24,000 bases of DNA. It comes from Paludibacteraceae bacterium. GTDB lineage: Bacteria; Bacteroidota; Bacteroidia; Bacteroidales; Paludibacteraceae. The notes below the pieces were generated by a model that ran no database searches, was not told where the DNA came from, and saw nothing but the letters and a program-made list of their open reading frames with translations. Both the position numbers and the translations under genes were made by a program. The stretch spans positions 29,229 to 53,228 of the forward strand of contig JAFVAX010000094.1 in the NCBI GenBank assembly GCA_017480285.1, read 5' to 3'. Position 1 is the stretch's first letter. Every line of letters starts with the position of its first letter. Positions 23,705-24,000 of this stretch are shown here, piece after piece.

Positions 23705-24000
23705 TACTTTTCAGTTCTTTTCTATACAAAGGGTAGTTCGGGCAATAGCGAAACACAAGTTTCCAAAAAGCACTGCTATGGTTGGCTTCAACAAGGTGGC
23801 AACACTCGTGAACAACCACATATTCAATCAGTTCTCTGCGAACTCTCGAAAGTTCGATGTTGTAAATAATAAGTCCGCGTCTGCTGTAACATTCACCCCA
23901 ATAAGAGCGCACTTTCTTTATTTGAATCTTAGGCACAGGCACACCTAACTTGGTGGCATAATACTGCGTCAATTCAGTTACAATAGGTCGCAATTTTGAG
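23682..24000 (-). CDS. YgjP/DUF45-like zinc metallohydrolase (5' end outside the window)
   Basis: Motifs: WGECYSRRGLIIYN and VVHECCHLVEANHSSAFW (HExxH). The track 'M' at 23993 is TTG and the frame stays open to the window edge. It overlaps the hemW 3' end convergently by 23 nt. Confidence 0.75.
   Translation of the reverse strand, partial: SKLRPIVTELTQYYATKLGVPVPKIQIKKVRSYWGECYSRRGLIIYNIELSRVRRELIEYVVVHECCHLVEANHSSAFWKLVFRYCPNYPLYRKELKSIRLTPQL

Overview
The window looks like a Bacteroidota (Bacteroidales-like) chromosome segment. Support comes from four canonical TTTG-N20-TAnnTTTG promoters, a T9SS type A sorting domain, and the protein families present. It splits into two compositional halves.

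(1) nt 1-10,920 is an AT-rich accessory island (about 25-38% GC in the lines I spot-counted) with every gene on the + strand. It carries a decayed, mosaic RHS/YD polymorphic-toxin locus:
- three copies of the same RHS core tail. Two are followed by unrelated C-terminal toxin domains (CT1, CT2) plus small membrane-protein immunity candidates; the third is a stub.
- two collapsed 'signal peptide + RHS tail' pseudogenes.
- a 195-bp promoter/leader/signal-peptide module duplicated in front of two unrelated secreted proteins, one of them a T9SS cargo.
- a 958-aa secreted YD-repeat protein with no core or toxin tip.
- upstream zinc-ribbon/membrane paralogs.
I saw no integrase, transposase, or T6SS parts.

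(2) nt 10,939-24,000 is a core region of roughly 50% GC. It holds ribBA, a YjjI-type glycyl-radical enzyme with its YjjW-type activase, tRNA-Ser(GCT), a DUF4143-type AAA ATPase, a short methylase-like gene remnant, a secreted EEP-family nuclease, an M20 dipeptidase, recG, hemW, and a partial YgjP-like metallohydrolase.

The most unusual non-island signal is a palindromic interspersed repeat element present twice in the glycyl-radical operon. One copy forms most of the 5' leader. The other is inserted in-frame in the activase gene, with four 39-bp hairpin repeats that translate as four 13-aa repeats. The two copies share a perfect 36-bp inverted repeat 2.4 kb apart. All family assignments come from motif recognition by eye and memory; no searches were run.
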